This document shows, one piece after another, positions 27,046 through 36,510 of a stretch of DNA of 64,000 nt. The DNA is taken from NCBI GenBank assembly GCA_963802145.1, contig CAWDHN010000009.1, forward strand, positions 33,936-97,935, read 5' to 3'. Position 1 is the stretch's first letter. Each line of letters opens with the position of its first letter. Both the position numbers and the translations under genes were made by a program. The notes beneath the pieces were generated by a model that saw nothing but the letters and a program-made list of their open reading frames with translations, was not told where the DNA came from and did not search any database. Source of the DNA: an uncultured Rikenellaceae bacterium. GTDB taxonomy: Bacteria > Bacteroidota > Bacteroidia > Bacteroidales > VadinHA17.

Positions 27046-28152
27046 TTACAATAATCTGCGCACGCGGCTTCCGGGAAGCAGGCGCAGGTTCACCAGGTCT
27101 GCCTGATCGATCAGAAGGAGCCCCGGTTTTTTACCTGGCTCTATCGATCCGAGGGTGTCTGCCATCCCCAGCGCACGGGCGCCGTTGATGGTCCCCCACC
27201 TGATGATCTCATGAAGCGGAGTGCCAGGGGCAGAATTCTGAAGGAGCCTGAGCTCTGTGAGCATGTCGAGGCGATCGTTTGAGGCGAGGCTGTCGGTTCC
27301 TGCAACGATCCGGTCGGTGACCTCCCTGAGGAGTGTCACCGGCGGCATCACTCCCGAGATGCGCATGTTCGACGAGGGGCATAGGCAGAACCAGGTATTT
27401 CCTGCAGAGGCAAGCTTTGCTGCCTCTTCCTGGGTAATGACGGTGTTGTGAACCAGTATCAGCCGTGAGGAGATTTGTGACAGCCCGAGGGCTGTCCCGA
27501 CATGATCTCCTGACATCCTGCGCTCGTCATCAGACTCGAGGAAGTGCAGTGAGATGACAGATTCCGGAACGATCTGCTGCCTGATGAGAGCCCGGAGCGG
27601 CTCCGAGACCGAATAGACGGCGTGGGGTGTGATATTGCCTGGCAGTCCGTATTCCCTGGCAGAGGCGGCCACCTTCAGCGCTTCGCTCATCCGTTCCTCA
27701 GCCAGAAGAGGGTCTGAGCCAAAGACCTCGGTGAAGGTCAGGTAGCGGACAGGGCTCTTCTTCTTTATGTCAAACGAAAGCGTGTTGTTGCTTATGTCAC
27801 CACAGGCCACCACACCGCCGTCATACATCTCACGGTCGGCTTTTTCTGCAGCTGTGACTATCTCATCACGCCCGGCCTCACGCCTGTCGCGCACTGACAG
27901 GATGAATCTATGAAGCCCCCCGCCACCGGGTATCAGGTCACGCATGTGCGAGAGCTCGAGGTGCGAGTGGCAGTTGACCAGGCCGGGTATCAGGATGCCA
28001 TTGTAAAACTCTGTGCCGGCGCTCTCGGTCAGTTCACCCCCGGTATCTTCAACGGCAATGACTGTGCCGTCGTCACCGGCGGTGACAACGGCTCTCTTCA
28101 GAGGTTTGCCGGCTGAGGTGAACACATATTGAGCCGAGATCCTTCGCATCAT
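27046..28152 (-). CDS. Amidohydrolase family protein
   Basis: PGLVNCHSHLELSH metal-binding HxH motif. Length and layout are typical of chlorohydrolase/deaminase-like members. Confidence 0.7.
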   Translation of the reverse strand: MMRRISAQYVFTSAGKPLKRAVVTAGDDGTVIAVEDTGGELTESAGTEFYNGILIPGLVNCHSHLELSHMRDLIPGGGGLHRFILSVRDRREAGRDEIVTAAEKADREMYDGGVVACGDISNNTLSFDIKKKSPVRYLTFTEVFGSDPLLAEERMSEALKVAASAREYGLPGNITPHAVYSVSEPLRALIRQQIVPESVISLHFLESDDERRMSGDHVGTALGLSQISSRLILVHNTVITQEEAAKLASAGNTWFCLCPSSNMRISGVMPPVTLLREVTDRIVAGTDSLASNDRLDMLTELRLLQNSAPGTPLHEIIRWGTINGARALGMADTLGSIEPGKKPGLLLIDQADLVNLRLLPGSRVRRLL

Positions 28153-28937
28153 TGTATTCCCGCGGTATCGGCTTCAACCGTCAGCCTGACATTGGCGATG
28201 CGCGCATGCTTTTCCCATTGGCCGGGCTGGTTGTCGTGGTTCAGGAGCCAGCCCCTGAGGCGCACGTCCTGGATGGAGTCGAGGGGGTGGCTTATCGTCA
28301 CTTTCTGATACTGGCCGTCTTTGGTGAGGCTGACCTCCTCCCAGTAATCGCGTTTTTCAACACCCCCGTTGTCGGTATAGCTGAAGAAGACCGTCACCCT
28401 CGGGTTCTTGCTTTTATCATCTTCAAAGATAAGTATGTCGGCTTCCAGGACATATTTCCCGGGCATTACGACAGGAATATCAAACCAGACCGGATCACGG
28501 TTGAAATCTTCCGGGAAGCTGTAGGTCTCCTTCCCCGTCCACAGATTTTCTTCCAGGGCCATATCGACGGGTCCGTTCTCCGTCATCACTGCAGTCTCCA
28601 TCTCCAGCAGGTTACCCGTGACCCTGTCATATATCTTTGAGAGTTTCTTTGGCTTATCGGCAAAATAGTATCTGATGGTTGCCTCGAACTGTTCGTAGGT
28701 ATAACCGTGGCTTTCGATGACATCCACATAGTTGAGGATGGAGTCGCGCTGGGCCCATGTATCCCTCATCTGGGGCAGGTCCATCATGCCGGTCGTAAGG
28801 TATGTGTCGGTGAGGATAGCCACCAGTTTATCATCGGGAACGAGCATCTTGCCCGAGGGTTTACTGCTCCCCTGATTGCCGCAGGATGACATGATAAGCA
28901 ACATCGCAACGAAAGATAAGGTCGTTTTCAGGCTCAT
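28149..28937 (-). CDS. Lipoprotein, DUF4296-like N-terminal region
   Basis: Lipobox (LIMSSCG). DDKLVAILTDTYLT resembles DUF4296. 4-bp overlaps with both neighbours. Confidence 0.45.
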   Translation of the reverse strand: MSLKTTLSFVAMLLIMSSCGNQGSSKPSGKMLVPDDKLVAILTDTYLTTGMMDLPQMRDTWAQRDSILNYVDVIESHGYTYEQFEATIRYYFADKPKKLSKIYDRVTGNLLEMETAVMTENGPVDMALEENLWTGKETYSFPEDFNRDPVWFDIPVVMPGKYVLEADILIFEDDKSKNPRVTVFFSYTDNGGVEKRDYWEEVSLTKDGQYQKVTISHPLDSIQDVRLRGWLLNHDNQPGQWEKHARIANVRLTVEADTAGIQ

Positions 28938-30169
28938 TTCTTTTCCGGATTGTTCTTATTGAGATATCTCCGTGACAGGTAGCTTACCGGGTACCATGCG
29001 GCGCCATAGCCAATGGCAATGACTGTTGCCGCTACAATGACAAAATCAATAAGCTGGATCTTTACGGGATAGGCGTCGATCAGCAGTGATTCGCCCGCAA
29101 GCTTTACGATCCCGAAGTGCTGCTGGGCAGCGCAGAGAATCAATCCCAGCAACAGGCCGAGGGCCGTCCCTATTATGGAGATCATCCATCCCTCATAGAT
29201 GAAGATGCGTTTGATGAGACTGTTGTCTGCACCGAGGCTCTTCAGGATGTTAATATCCCTCTCCTTTTCTATTATCAGCATCGTCAGTGACCCTATTATA
29301 TTGAAAGATGCAATTATCAGGATGAAGGTCAGGATAACGTAGATGGCAAGTCGTTCCGCCTTCATGACCTTATAGAACATCTCCTGCTGTTCATACCTGT
29401 TCTGCACCAGGAACTCACTTCCCATCACCTCCCTTATTGCGTTCTGTGTCTTTCTGGTATCCGCTCCGGACCGCATCTTTACCTCGATGGAGCTTACCTC
29501 GGTGGTATAGTCGAGCAGCTCCCTGGCGAAGCCGAGAGGCAGGAAGAGATATTTGGAGTCAAATTCCTGTTCAACGGCAAAGATCCCGGAGAGATAGATA
29601 TATTTCCTCATGAACTCATTTCCGGGATTGGCACTTATCCTTGCCTTACGGTCAGGGATATAGATTGCCAGGGGTGATACGAAATTGAGTCTCATGCCCA
29701 GGTGGTTTGCCACGCCCAGTCCTGCAACGGCATAGGGTCTGCCGTTCTCAGCCTGCAGGATGAACTCGCCGTCCCACATTGCAGTGTCAAGATCGGTGAC
29801 ATCGGTATAGTTGAGTGAGACCCCCTTGACTGTAGCTATGAACTGCTGTTCATCATACCTCAGCAGTGCGTTCTCCTCGAGGGTCTCGGCATACACTTCC
29901 ACACCATCCAGGGCTGCCAGTCGCTTAAGCACCAGGCTGTCAGGGGTGAAGACCTTTCCCTTCACCGGAGAGATTTTTATCTCCGGGTCGGATGTGCTGA
30001 AGATCCCCTTCACCATCTCCTCAAGGCCGTTGAATACTGACAGTATTGTTATCAGGGCCATGGTCCCCACCGTCACTCCGGCTACGGAGATGGCGGAGAT
30101 GACATTGATGGCGTTGCGCGATTTCTTCGCGAACAGGTATCTCTTTGCTATGTAGAGCGGAAGCTTCAT
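28934..30169 (-). CDS. FtsX-like ABC transporter permease (LolC/E family)
   Basis: MKLPLYIAKRYLFAKKSRNAINVISAISVAGV and the C-terminal FtsX 4-TM domain. Confidence 0.85.
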   Translation of the reverse strand: MKLPLYIAKRYLFAKKSRNAINVISAISVAGVTVGTMALITILSVFNGLEEMVKGIFSTSDPEIKISPVKGKVFTPDSLVLKRLAALDGVEVYAETLEENALLRYDEQQFIATVKGVSLNYTDVTDLDTAMWDGEFILQAENGRPYAVAGLGVANHLGMRLNFVSPLAIYIPDRKARISANPGNEFMRKYIYLSGIFAVEQEFDSKYLFLPLGFARELLDYTTEVSSIEVKMRSGADTRKTQNAIREVMGSEFLVQNRYEQQEMFYKVMKAERLAIYVILTFILIIASFNIIGSLTMLIIEKERDINILKSLGADNSLIKRIFIYEGWMISIIGTALGLLLGLILCAAQQHFGIVKLAGESLLIDAYPVKIQLIDFVIVAATVIAIGYGAAWYPVSYLSRRYLNKNNPEKK

Positions 30170-30981
30170 CTGCCGTTGCGTGCTATTACCAGCAATCCGG
30201 TTCCTTTTTCATGTCTCCTGTGCAGGTCGATGCAGTTCAGCACCAGCACAAAGGGCATTACCGCAAGATACCAGAAAGGGAGGAGAATGAAGAATAGTTT
30301 TGATGCTGACAGCATTATGACCGGATATTTCATTGAGAGTCTCCATGCGATGCTTCCGGGTGTGCCGTATGTATATTCAACTGACACCTCTTCAAAGCCG
30401 GCGGTATGCAGCTTCTCGCTGATCTCCCCGGCGCTGTATCCGTCGCGCACATGTTCTCCGATGAAGGAGGTGTCATCGCCGGAGTGGACATCCGAGCCGC
30501 CCTTGTCAGAGGGGGTGGAGATGACGAGGTATGCTCCGGGGTTCATCATTGCGCGGAATGACGAGAACACCGTACGGTCCTCCTCTATATGCTCCATCAC
30601 ATCGACGCAGAGGGTGAGGTCATACCTTTCGTTGCTTCGCCATGTCACCAGGTCAGCCTCCACGGCGTGCACTCTCTCTCCGAGCCCCGTCGCTCTGAAG
30701 AAGGCATTGCAGTCAGTCACCTGTTCGCTCTTGATGTCGGCGGCGGTGATCTTCCAGCCGGGGAACCTGGCAGCCATCCACCACGAATACTGCCCGAAGC
30801 CCATCCCGGCATCAAGCACCGTCGCCGGGGAAGGCATGGTTCTGCTCAGCCTCCTCAGGGCTTTTCTCACGTGCCATGAACGGAGGAGCAGGATATCAAG
30901 CAGGTGGTAAAAGAGCTTGCGCAACAGGGGGTGACGGTTGAACTGCCTTCCCAGGAGCTCCTTTATCGGGTCATAGTGCAT
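30166..30981 (-). CDS. Class I SAM-dependent methyltransferase with a C-terminal membrane segment
   Basis: VLDAGMGFGQYS (motif I) and CVDVMEHI. Hydrophobic tail. Confidence 0.7.
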   Translation of the reverse strand: MHYDPIKELLGRQFNRHPLLRKLFYHLLDILLLRSWHVRKALRRLSRTMPSPATVLDAGMGFGQYSWWMAARFPGWKITAADIKSEQVTDCNAFFRATGLGERVHAVEADLVTWRSNERYDLTLCVDVMEHIEEDRTVFSSFRAMMNPGAYLVISTPSDKGGSDVHSGDDTSFIGEHVRDGYSAGEISEKLHTAGFEEVSVEYTYGTPGSIAWRLSMKYPVIMLSASKLFFILLPFWYLAVMPFVLVLNCIDLHRRHEKGTGLLVIARNGR

Positions 30982-30986
30982 CGGCC

Positions 30987-31325
30987 TTATTCCTTGAGCA
31001 GGTTAGTGATCTTGTCAATATAGTCATTGCTGTCATCGATGAAGAATGCTATCTCCGGTACGATACGCAGCTGGTTGCGAACCTTATGCCCAAGCTCGTA
31101 TCTCAGTCGCGGGACACTGTTGCGCAAACTTTCAAGGACCATTGCAGAACCGTCAGAAGGGAATATGCTTATCCATGTCTTTGCCAGGGAGAGGTCAGGA
31201 CTGACGCGCACGGTTGTCACCGAGATCATCTTTCCGGGTGCAAGCTCAGCGCCGAGATGCATTATTATTTCTGCAAGCTCCTTTTGCACCAGTCTTGCAA
31301 CTTTCTTCTGCCGTGTTGATTCCAT
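30987..31325 (-). CDS. rbfA: Ribosome-binding factor A
   Basis: 112 aa; RQKKVARLVQKELAEII...VTTVRVSPDLSLAK. Confidence 0.9.
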   Translation of the reverse strand: MESTRQKKVARLVQKELAEIIMHLGAELAPGKMISVTTVRVSPDLSLAKTWISIFPSDGSAMVLESLRNSVPRLRYELGHKVRNQLRIVPEIAFFIDDSNDYIDKITNLLKE

Positions 31326-31486
31326 TGTGGATTATTTACCCGGCAAAAATACAAAAATTGTGGCAGCCTGAGGCCTTCGGGCACGCTGCCTCAGGTCGGG
31401 ACTAAATTTCATTTCATCCGGTGATCAAAACCTGCCGGCATTGATCTGATTGCAGGCATGGCGGGATCAGTTTCGTTATTTATCCC

Positions 31487-31494
31487 TATTTTTG
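31487..31494 (+). promoter_or_regulatory. -7 box for trpS
   Basis: TATTTTTG, ending 21 nt before the ATG at 31515. Confidence 0.45.
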
Positions 31495-31514
31495 TCGCTG
31501 AAAAAAGATTTTTA

Positions 31515-32504
31515 ATGGATACAGTAGTAAGCGGCATCAGGTCAACGGGCAATCTTCATCTTGGCAATTATTTCGGGGCACTGAAAAATTTTCTGAGGAT
31601 GCAGGATGAGAACAACTGTTATTTTTTTGTGGCAGATTATCATTCACTTACCACTCACCCCCATCCTGATGACATTCACTCCAACATCAGGCAGGTTCTG
31701 GCCGAGTATCTTGCCGCCGGCATTGACCCGGAGAAGGCTACCGTATATGTCCAGAGCGATGTGCCGGAGGTTGCCGAACTCTACCTGCTGATGAACATGA
31801 ATGCCTATGTGGGGGAGCTGGAGCGTACAACCTCTTTCAAGGAAAAGATACGGCAACATCCTGACAACATCAACGCCGGGCTTCTTACCTATCCGGTGCT
31901 CATGGCAGCCGACATCATCATTCACAAGGCTCACAAGGTTCCCGTAGGCAAGGACCAGGAGCAGCACCTGGAGATGACGCGCCGTTTTGCACGCCGTTTC
32001 AACACAATGTACGGAGTAGAGTATTTCCCCGAGCCTGACGCCTATAACTTCGGAAAACAACTGATAAAGATCCCCGGGCTTGATGGTACCGGCAAGATGG
32101 GCAAGAGCGAGGGCAACGGTATCTTCCTTGCGGATACACCCGCAGAGATACGCAAGAAGGTGATGAGGGCGGTGACCGATGCCGGTCCTGAGAGTCAGCA
32201 TTCGGAGCCTTCCGAGCCGGTGAAGAATCTCTTTACCCTCATGGATGTGGTCTCAGAGCCGTCAACGGTCAAATACTTCCGCGAGCAGCACGCCAAATGT
32301 GAGATAAGGTACGGTGACATGAAGAAACAGCTTGCCGAAGACATCATAAAGGTCACTGAACCTATCAGGCTTCGCATCAATGAGATCATCAATGACCCCG
32401 TCTACCTGGGCAAGGTGGTGGCCAGGGGTGCTGAAAAGGCAAGGGCAAGCGCTTCCGCCACCGTAAGGGAGGTGAGGGAGATCATAGGCTACAGGCCGTT
32501 CTGA
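31515..32504 (+). CDS. trpS: Tryptophan--tRNA ligase
   Basis: SGIRSTGNLHLGNYFGA (HIGH) and KMGKSEGN (KMSKS). Start moved to the Met at 31515, downstream of the -7 box at 31487. Confidence 0.93.
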   Translation: MDTVVSGIRSTGNLHLGNYFGALKNFLRMQDENNCYFFVADYHSLTTHPHPDDIHSNIRQVLAEYLAAGIDPEKATVYVQSDVPEVAELYLLMNMNAYVGELERTTSFKEKIRQHPDNINAGLLTYPVLMAADIIIHKAHKVPVGKDQEQHLEMTRRFARRFNTMYGVEYFPEPDAYNFGKQLIKIPGLDGTGKMGKSEGNGIFLADTPAEIRKKVMRAVTDAGPESQHSEPSEPVKNLFTLMDVVSEPSTVKYFREQHAKCEIRYGDMKKQLAEDIIKVTEPIRLRINEIINDPVYLGKVVARGAEKARASASATVREVREIIGYRPF

Positions 32505-32516
32505 TCAGGCAATCAG

Positions 32517-33740
32517 CTAAACATTCACTATTGGAGCACGCTCGAAGGGGGCGTTTCTGTCAAAGAGATAACGGTAGGTTATATGGGTCTTGATGATCCT
32601 GGCGCCTATCTGGTCAAGCAGGTGCATCATCGAGTGGTTAAAGTCGCCTATCCAGTTGAATTCAAGCTCCTTATAAGGAAAATTTTCAGACAGTGCAAGC
32701 TTTGCGAATGACATTATCAGGGCTCCCTCCACCCCCTTGCGCTGATGTTCCGGCACAATCCCGAAGATGAGTCCGAAAGCCTTCGTCAGTTCCCTCCTGA
32801 CATACCGGTACCAGAGGAATTTGAGCCTGCCGACATGGTTCAGCTTGCCGTTCAGGTGCTTAACAATCTGGTTGACTTCGGGAAGCATGATGAAGAAGCA
32901 GACGGGTTCATCCTTATAGAATCCGAACCAGAGCAGCTTTTCGTCGTGTATCTGCCTGAAGCTTTTGAAGATCAGATTTGCGTGCCGTTCACTTATTGTC
33001 TTGACACCCGGGAAGCGTGCCCATCCCTTGTTATAGACGATCATGAAGTTACGGGCTATTTCCTTTGCCTCGGCTGTTTTCATGTACCTGAAGGAGTAGT
33101 CGGGATTGTTGAATATCCTTTCGGCTTTGGTCTTAATTACCTCATTCAGGTTCCTGTCGGTGACCGGGGTATAGTAAGTATACTGTTCAAAGTAGTTTCT
33201 GAAGCCGTATTTTTCAAAAAGATCCCTGTAGTAAGGCGGGTTATAGGGCATGCAGTAGTTGGGAGGCGTGAAGCCGTCTACCAGCAGTCCCCACCAGCGG
33301 TCGCGGTCACCGAAGTTCTCGGGGCCTTCCATCGCGGTCATGTCATTTGCCGCCAGCCAGTCGCGGCATGCATTGAATAGCATGGTTGCGGCATCCTGGT
33401 TGTTGATGCATTCAAAGAAACCCATGCCGCCGACAAACTTCTGACCGGCATTTGCGATCTTTTTGCTGTAGAAGGCCGCCACCCTGCCGACGGTTTTTCC
33501 TGAGGCATCCCTGAGCAGCCACCTGACGGCATCACCGCTGCGGAAAAGATTGTTCAAAGAGGGGTTGAATACCGACTCGACATCCCTGTAGAGTGGTTTT
33601 ATCCAGTTCCCGTCGCCTTTGTTGATGAAAGAGGGAAGATCATGAAATTCCCTGATGTCCTTTTTGCTTTTTACCTCAGCAAGCTGAAAATCACCGGCCA
33701 TTACCCTGACAATATCCAAATATGGTTGAAATTTAGTCAA
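32517..33740 (-). CDS. Conserved hypothetical protein (possibly acyltransferase-fold)
   Basis: 407-aa ORF with coherent composition. No catalytic motif that I can name. The start could be the Met 13 codons downstream. Confidence 0.5.
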   Translation of the reverse strand: MTKFQPYLDIVRVMAGDFQLAEVKSKKDIREFHDLPSFINKGDGNWIKPLYRDVESVFNPSLNNLFRSGDAVRWLLRDASGKTVGRVAAFYSKKIANAGQKFVGGMGFFECINNQDAATMLFNACRDWLAANDMTAMEGPENFGDRDRWWGLLVDGFTPPNYCMPYNPPYYRDLFEKYGFRNYFEQYTYYTPVTDRNLNEVIKTKAERIFNNPDYSFRYMKTAEAKEIARNFMIVYNKGWARFPGVKTISERHANLIFKSFRQIHDEKLLWFGFYKDEPVCFFIMLPEVNQIVKHLNGKLNHVGRLKFLWYRYVRRELTKAFGLIFGIVPEHQRKGVEGALIMSFAKLALSENFPYKELEFNWIGDFNHSMMHLLDQIGARIIKTHITYRYLFDRNAPFERAPIVNV

Positions 33741-33790
33741 TCATTTTGGAAAAGCAATGGTCAGCCGGGTAATTGGGCTCGACGTGGTGT

Positions 33791-33912
33791 CTGAACTCCG
33801 CAGAGTGGCTGGCTGGCAGTGGTGACTGAACTCCGCAGAGTGACTGGCTGGCAGTGGGGACTGAACTCCGCAGAGTGACTGGCTGGCAGTGGGGACTGAA
33901 CTCCGCAGAGGG
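33791..33912. repeat. 35-bp x 3.5 intergenic tandem repeat
   Basis: CTGAACTCCGCAGAGTGACTGGCTGGCAGTGGGGA. Units 2 and 3 are identical and unit 1 has 2 mismatches. Confidence 0.9.
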
Positions 33913-33943
33913 GCCGGGATCCGGTGAGTGTATTGCCGGCCCG

Positions 33944-36349
33944 TCAGACCCTGATCCTTGCAGAGAAAATGAAGTTTCTTCCCGGGGCTGCAATACCTGA
34001 TGAATAGGGTCTGTAGCGAAGGTCAAGAATATTTTCCACCCCTGCGGTCAGGTCAATCCTGTTGCCGATATTGAAGATCGTCTTGAAGTTCAGTGTGAAC
34101 CAGCCCGGTGCCCATGGGTTGCCGTTGTCGTCGGAAGCGTACATATATGCCTTGTCTCTTTCACTGGGTGCCAGCCTCTCATAGGTTATGCTCCCGTTAT
34201 AGACGGCATAGAGGTCAGCCTTTATGATTGATCTTTCGAAGATCATGTGTGTTGCACCGAAGACAGGAGGTATGTGACGCAGCGGTTCCTTCTCGTTGTC
34301 ATGACCTCCCGTGAGTGTCAGTGCTGACTTTAACCTGAGGAAGGATGAGGGTCTCAGTTCCGCCTTTATCTGTGTGCCGTAGACTATTGCATAACCTGCG
34401 TTGACCATGGCATAGACCGCACTCTCCTCTCCCTGGTACTCAATGGTCGACTCCCCGTTGAAGAGGAACTCACGGCGCACCATGGCGTTGTCAAGGTAAG
34501 AATAGAAGAGGGATGCCTCCGCCAGCAGCATGTTTCCTATCTCCCTCCTGGCGCCTATATCGGCATTATAAAGGTACTCTGGCTTAAGGTCAGGATTAGG
34601 CACCACTATAACTCCCGGAGCAGATTCAAACACCTTGCCCAGGTCATCAAGGTTCGGAGCCCTGAACCCTGTGGAGAGGTTCAGCGTCAGCTCCGTTCTC
34701 GCGTCAGGCCGGTAGACGGCGCCGGCGGCGCCGGTCACTGCACTGTTGGCCGACTGAATGACAGTGAATGGGAAGTTATAAAATGAGTTGTCAGCTATCT
34801 CCGAATTGAGAGAGACGAAGTTATACCTCAACCCGGTACTGACGGTGAACTTGCTGCTGAGGTTGAATTTATATCCTCCGTAGAGCGCAAAGCTGTTATA
34901 GATGTTGTCGCCATTGGGATAGCGTGACCCGGCAGGAACGGTCTCGCCTGTGGATATGTCCATCACATCAGCAGTGCTGACGATATCGTTCCTCACATAT
35001 TCAGCCCCGTAATAGATCAGGGCCTGGTTTTTCTCAGCCGTTTTGTCAAAGTCGAGGTTCACCGACCAGATCCCGACCTTCTCCGTTTGCTGGTTGAGGC
35101 TTACGTCGTTGATCTTCCTGTCATGCCGGCTCTCGGTGTAGTCCTGGCGGGCAACTGTCAGACGAACATCGTCAAAGGCCGCCGCAGGCTTGTTATAGTT
35201 GACTGTCGAGTTAAGCATCATCCATATCTGCGGACCATAATACCAGTCGCCGTATCTCAGGGTATTGTTTTTGACCTGTATCAGCCTGTCATAGCGGGGC
35301 ACGTCTGAGAGACGCGAGTAATGGTGGGCGATGTTTATGTCGAAATGCTTTCCGGCCTTGAACCGTAGCTTGTTCATGGTGTTGAGCTGTGAGTATCCGG
35401 ATGCCACCTGTCTCTCCGGATTATCATTAAACACCACAGAATCCTTTCCGTTGGTCCGGATCTGGTATTCATTCCGGAGATATTCGGGATGTGTTCTTGA
35501 TCCCATGACCAGGTCACCAAAGTCGGACCATGTCACTGAGGTTAGGAAGGCCACCCTGCGGCCTCCGGCGTTGGCATCAATGTGGTATGTCTGCTCACTG
35601 GCGGCGGTGGAGAACCGTGCCATCGCCTCTGCCTTGTAATAAACGGAATCACCTGTTGAGAAGAGAGCCCTCCTGGTGTGGAAATCCATCACCCCTCCCA
35701 GTGCGTCGCTGCCGTACATCGTGGCTCCGGGTCCGAAGATGATTTCGGTACGCTCAATTATATTAGGGTCAAGGGAGATGATGTTCTGTATGTTCCCTTC
35801 ACGGTAGATGGCATTATTCATTCTGACACCGTCAATGTTAATCAGCACCCTGTTGGTGGCAAATCCCCTGAGCATGGGGCTGCCGCCGCCCTGCTGGCTC
35901 TTCTGTACGTAGACGTCACCGCTGAGTGAGACCAGGTCAGCCGTGGTCTGGGGGTTCTGGATTTTTATGGAAGGAAGGCCAACGGTGCTTATGTAGTTGG
36001 GTACTTCATCGGACTTCTGCTCCCAGCGGTTCGCCGAGATAATAAACTCCTCCACCTCAAAGGTCTTTGTCTCCAGCTTAACCACCCAGCCGGCCTTTTT
36101 CAGCTCCTCGGGGGTGAAGGAGACTCTTTCGAATGAGAAGTGCTGGAAAAAAATCTGCTGGCCTGCCCTGAACTCTGAGAGACTGGCCTTGCCTGAAGGG
36201 TTGGTATAACAAAACTGCGTGCGTGCCTCATTGTAGACGGCCACATCAGCCACAGGCTTCCCGTCCTCGGCAGCCAGAACGGTGACAGTCTGTGCGCTTA
36301 GCGTCAGAACAGGCAACAGAAAAAGCATCAGAAACAAATATTTCCTCAT
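33944..36349 (-). CDS. TonB-dependent receptor with N-terminal carboxypeptidase-regulatory-like domain
   Basis: Signal peptide from the Met at 36349 (MRKYLFLMLFLLPVLTLSAQ). Plug-domain motifs. C-terminal ...NFIFSARIRV terminal-Phe-like barrel end. Confidence 0.85.
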   Translation of the reverse strand: MRKYLFLMLFLLPVLTLSAQTVTVLAAEDGKPVADVAVYNEARTQFCYTNPSGKASLSEFRAGQQIFFQHFSFERVSFTPEELKKAGWVVKLETKTFEVEEFIISANRWEQKSDEVPNYISTVGLPSIKIQNPQTTADLVSLSGDVYVQKSQQGGGSPMLRGFATNRVLINIDGVRMNNAIYREGNIQNIISLDPNIIERTEIIFGPGATMYGSDALGGVMDFHTRRALFSTGDSVYYKAEAMARFSTAASEQTYHIDANAGGRRVAFLTSVTWSDFGDLVMGSRTHPEYLRNEYQIRTNGKDSVVFNDNPERQVASGYSQLNTMNKLRFKAGKHFDINIAHHYSRLSDVPRYDRLIQVKNNTLRYGDWYYGPQIWMMLNSTVNYNKPAAAFDDVRLTVARQDYTESRHDRKINDVSLNQQTEKVGIWSVNLDFDKTAEKNQALIYYGAEYVRNDIVSTADVMDISTGETVPAGSRYPNGDNIYNSFALYGGYKFNLSSKFTVSTGLRYNFVSLNSEIADNSFYNFPFTVIQSANSAVTGAAGAVYRPDARTELTLNLSTGFRAPNLDDLGKVFESAPGVIVVPNPDLKPEYLYNADIGARREIGNMLLAEASLFYSYLDNAMVRREFLFNGESTIEYQGEESAVYAMVNAGYAIVYGTQIKAELRPSSFLRLKSALTLTGGHDNEKEPLRHIPPVFGATHMIFERSIIKADLYAVYNGSITYERLAPSERDKAYMYASDDNGNPWAPGWFTLNFKTIFNIGNRIDLTAGVENILDLRYRPYSSGIAAPGRNFIFSARIRV

Positions 36350-36394
36350 ATGTAAACAGCTATGAACCGTGACAGATGCACAAAAAGCATTCCA

Positions 36395-36402
36395 CAAATA
36401 TA
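36395..36402 (-). promoter_or_regulatory. -7 box for the TonB-dependent receptor gene
   Basis: The reverse complement reads TATATTTG, 46 nt upstream of the ATG at 36349. Confidence 0.4.
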
Positions 36403-36477
36403 ACTCAGGAGAATGTTTTGTGGCATATCCTCTGCTGACCATGGCATATCTCTTAGTCAAAGCAAATTAATATTTTA

Positions 36478-36485
36478 TATTTTTG
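36478..36485 (+). promoter_or_regulatory. -7 box for the 915-aa gene
   Basis: TATTTTTG, ending 26 nt before the TTG at 36511. Confidence 0.4.
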
Positions 36486-36510
36486 GAATGGAATATCAAC
36501 CGGAAAACCT

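Noticed and set aside
33791-33912. Considered as a CRISPR array, as was the array at 20143-20263.
   Set aside because: The units are directly abutting with no unique spacers. There are no cas genes in the window, and the unit lengths and periods are wrong for CRISPR.
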